Positions 62,300 to 64,000 of a DNA stretch of 64,000 bases are shown here, piece after piece. A program made the translations under genes and the position numbers. Source of the DNA: Camelus ferus (lineage: Eukaryota). The notes beneath the pieces were generated by a model. The model did not search any database, was not told the origin of the DNA, and saw only the letters and a program-made list of their open reading frames with translations. The stretch is taken from the NCBI RefSeq assembly GCF_009834535.1, contig NC_045696.1, positions 66,590,001 through 66,654,000 on the forward strand. Reading direction: 5' to 3'. Each line of letters starts with the position of its first letter. Positions within the stretch are counted from its first letter, which is position 1.

Positions 62300-62449
62300 C
62301 GTGCAAGTCAAGTCAGCTTTTGTCTTGCATCCTTCTTCCTCTAGAAAGCCTTCCCTGACCCGCTACAGCCCCAGGCTAAGTTCCGTCTCCCTGTTGAGAC
62401 TACTCACCCACCCTCTTCATTCCCCTGCTGCCACCCTTCTCACTCTCCT

Positions 62450-63105
62450 AATTACTGAGTTTAGGTCCATCTACACTGAGACCCACAGTAGATGTCTTCG
62501 TGGCATCTCCACTCTCCCCACCCTGGTCCAAGCAATCATTGTCTCTCTGTGGTATTGCAGTAGCCTCCTAACTCCTGCCCTGGTTTCCACCCTTGTCTCC
62601 TTTACGTGTATTCTCAGTCCAAAATCCAGAGTCACTGTTCTGAAACGAAAGTTGGATCCTGTCACTCCTCTGCTCAAAATCTTTCACTGGTTTTCTATCT
62701 CACTGGCTAAGCCAATTATTCTCTGCTCTTACCTCTCAATACTCCCCAATTACCTCGTCAGCCCAGGGGCACTGCTCTCCTGACTGTTCCTAGAACACTT
62801 ACAGCCTGCTCCTGCCCCAGGGCCTTTGCACTGACTGTTGTTGATGCCTTAACATTCTTCCTTCAGATGTCCACATGGCTTATCCCTCATGCCCATCAAA
62901 TCAAGGTCAAAGTACACTTTCTTAGGGGGTCCTCTGTGACCTGCTTTTACACTTGAATGCCTGCAGCTGCCATTGCCACTCAGCACATAATTTCTAGGGT
63001 AGGAATTTTATTCATGACTATATTTCCAGGGTTTAGAATAGTACATGGCCCAGAATAGAATTCAGAAATACTTACTGAGTGCTTGTTTACATGATTACAT
63101 GAAGG
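62450..63105 (+). mobile_element. L2 3' region
   Basis: ccaccctggtccaagcaatcattgtctctc...gcagtagcctcctaact...cagggcctttgcactgactgtt. Confidence 0.75.
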
Positions 63106-64000
63106 AGTGGACACTCAGTCGAAGGAGTATTGACTGAGAGTCACAAGTTTTAACTGAGTCGCACGGGGTCTGGGAGACTTTGAGGAAACTGCTCTCTCCC
63201 TCTAGGTCTTGTTTTCTCTGACTGTGAAATTATGGCCTTGGACCCAGGGCTCTGTAAGGATGCTACAAACAGCGGTATTCTCAAAGTCAACCAGTCAATG
63301 ATATGTGAGAAGCAGCATTCAAATTTGTATTAAACAGAGCTCAGAGGCAGAGAAACATTAAGAAGGAAAGAGGCATTATGGAAGTTCCAAATGAGAAAAA
63401 AAATGTGTACAAGAGACATGAGGATTTCATATGTGAGGAGAGGTACAGGAGGCAGACGACTGAGCCGGGCTGACCTAGACCATTCATTAGAGGACTCAGA
63501 TTAACCTCAGCCCAGGGATAAAGTATCCTACCAGCCCAGAAAATGACACCAAAGGTGGGACAAAACCCATCTCATTACAAAGCCCTGCACAGACACAATT
63601 TGTGATTAGAACACTGATTGGAAATCTTTCCTCACGCCAGCCTCATGGCCCCCAGAGTGGGTGGATTCTCAGATTAGTCATAGGAGAACAGACAGTTTAA
63701 CAGAAGAGAGGCTGATCTAGGCTGTTCCATTTGGAAAAGAATCACCCCTTCGGAAAAGGGAAGTAATTCAAGATGCACGCAGTTTTCTGTCTATTGCCCA
63801 CCCGTCTCAGGTGGGAGATACCGATTGGCCACCATCTTAGACAGGGTCCTTGGAGAGAGGGTGGAAGGGAATGGATTAATCAAGTTAAAGGAGACACTTC
63901 AGTGCTACAGCTGCCGCACCCTGAGTGTGAGGGACCAGACTGGTTATTCAACTTCTCCTGAGTAGCTACCATGTGGATACAAATCTGAGCCCAGTAAGGT

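Noticed and set aside
62301..62783. 160-aa ORF
   Set aside because: Starts at GTG and overlaps pyrimidine-rich L2 remnants; Ser/Leu/Thr-biased with no host-gene signature.

Overview
This is mammalian genomic DNA. It is very probably from a camelid (alpaca, llama or camel), judging by five tRNA-Ala-derived Vic-1-like SINEs, artiodactyl-type L1 3' ends and no obvious Alu, B1 or BovB/Bov-A copies. The window holds the 3' part of P3H2 (LEPREL1, prolyl 3-hydroxylase 2) on the + strand. It contains the last 20.3 kb of intron 1 (exon 1 lies outside the window), coding exons 2-15 (20355-52076), a ~0.9 kb 3' UTR with AATAAA at 52932, and ~11 kb of downstream sequence. All 14 exons have GT-AG boundaries and splice in frame to 1647 nt (548 aa plus stop). 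CXXXC motifs, the HxD...H...R Fe/2-oxoglutarate residues and the C-terminal KDEL are intact. The rest is ordinary interspersed repeat (L1, L2, CR1/L3, MIR, MaLR LTRs, hAT and mariner fossils) and microsatellites. Repeat names and boundaries were assigned by eye and are approximate. I found no convincing previously undescribed gene or system. The best leads are testable hypotheses: (i) lineage-specific inverted repeats bracket frame-preserving exon blocks, including the catalytic exon 14 and two potential stop-free circles; (ii) divergently oriented CTCF motifs flank the gene's 3' end; (iii) some L1 insertions have unusual structures.
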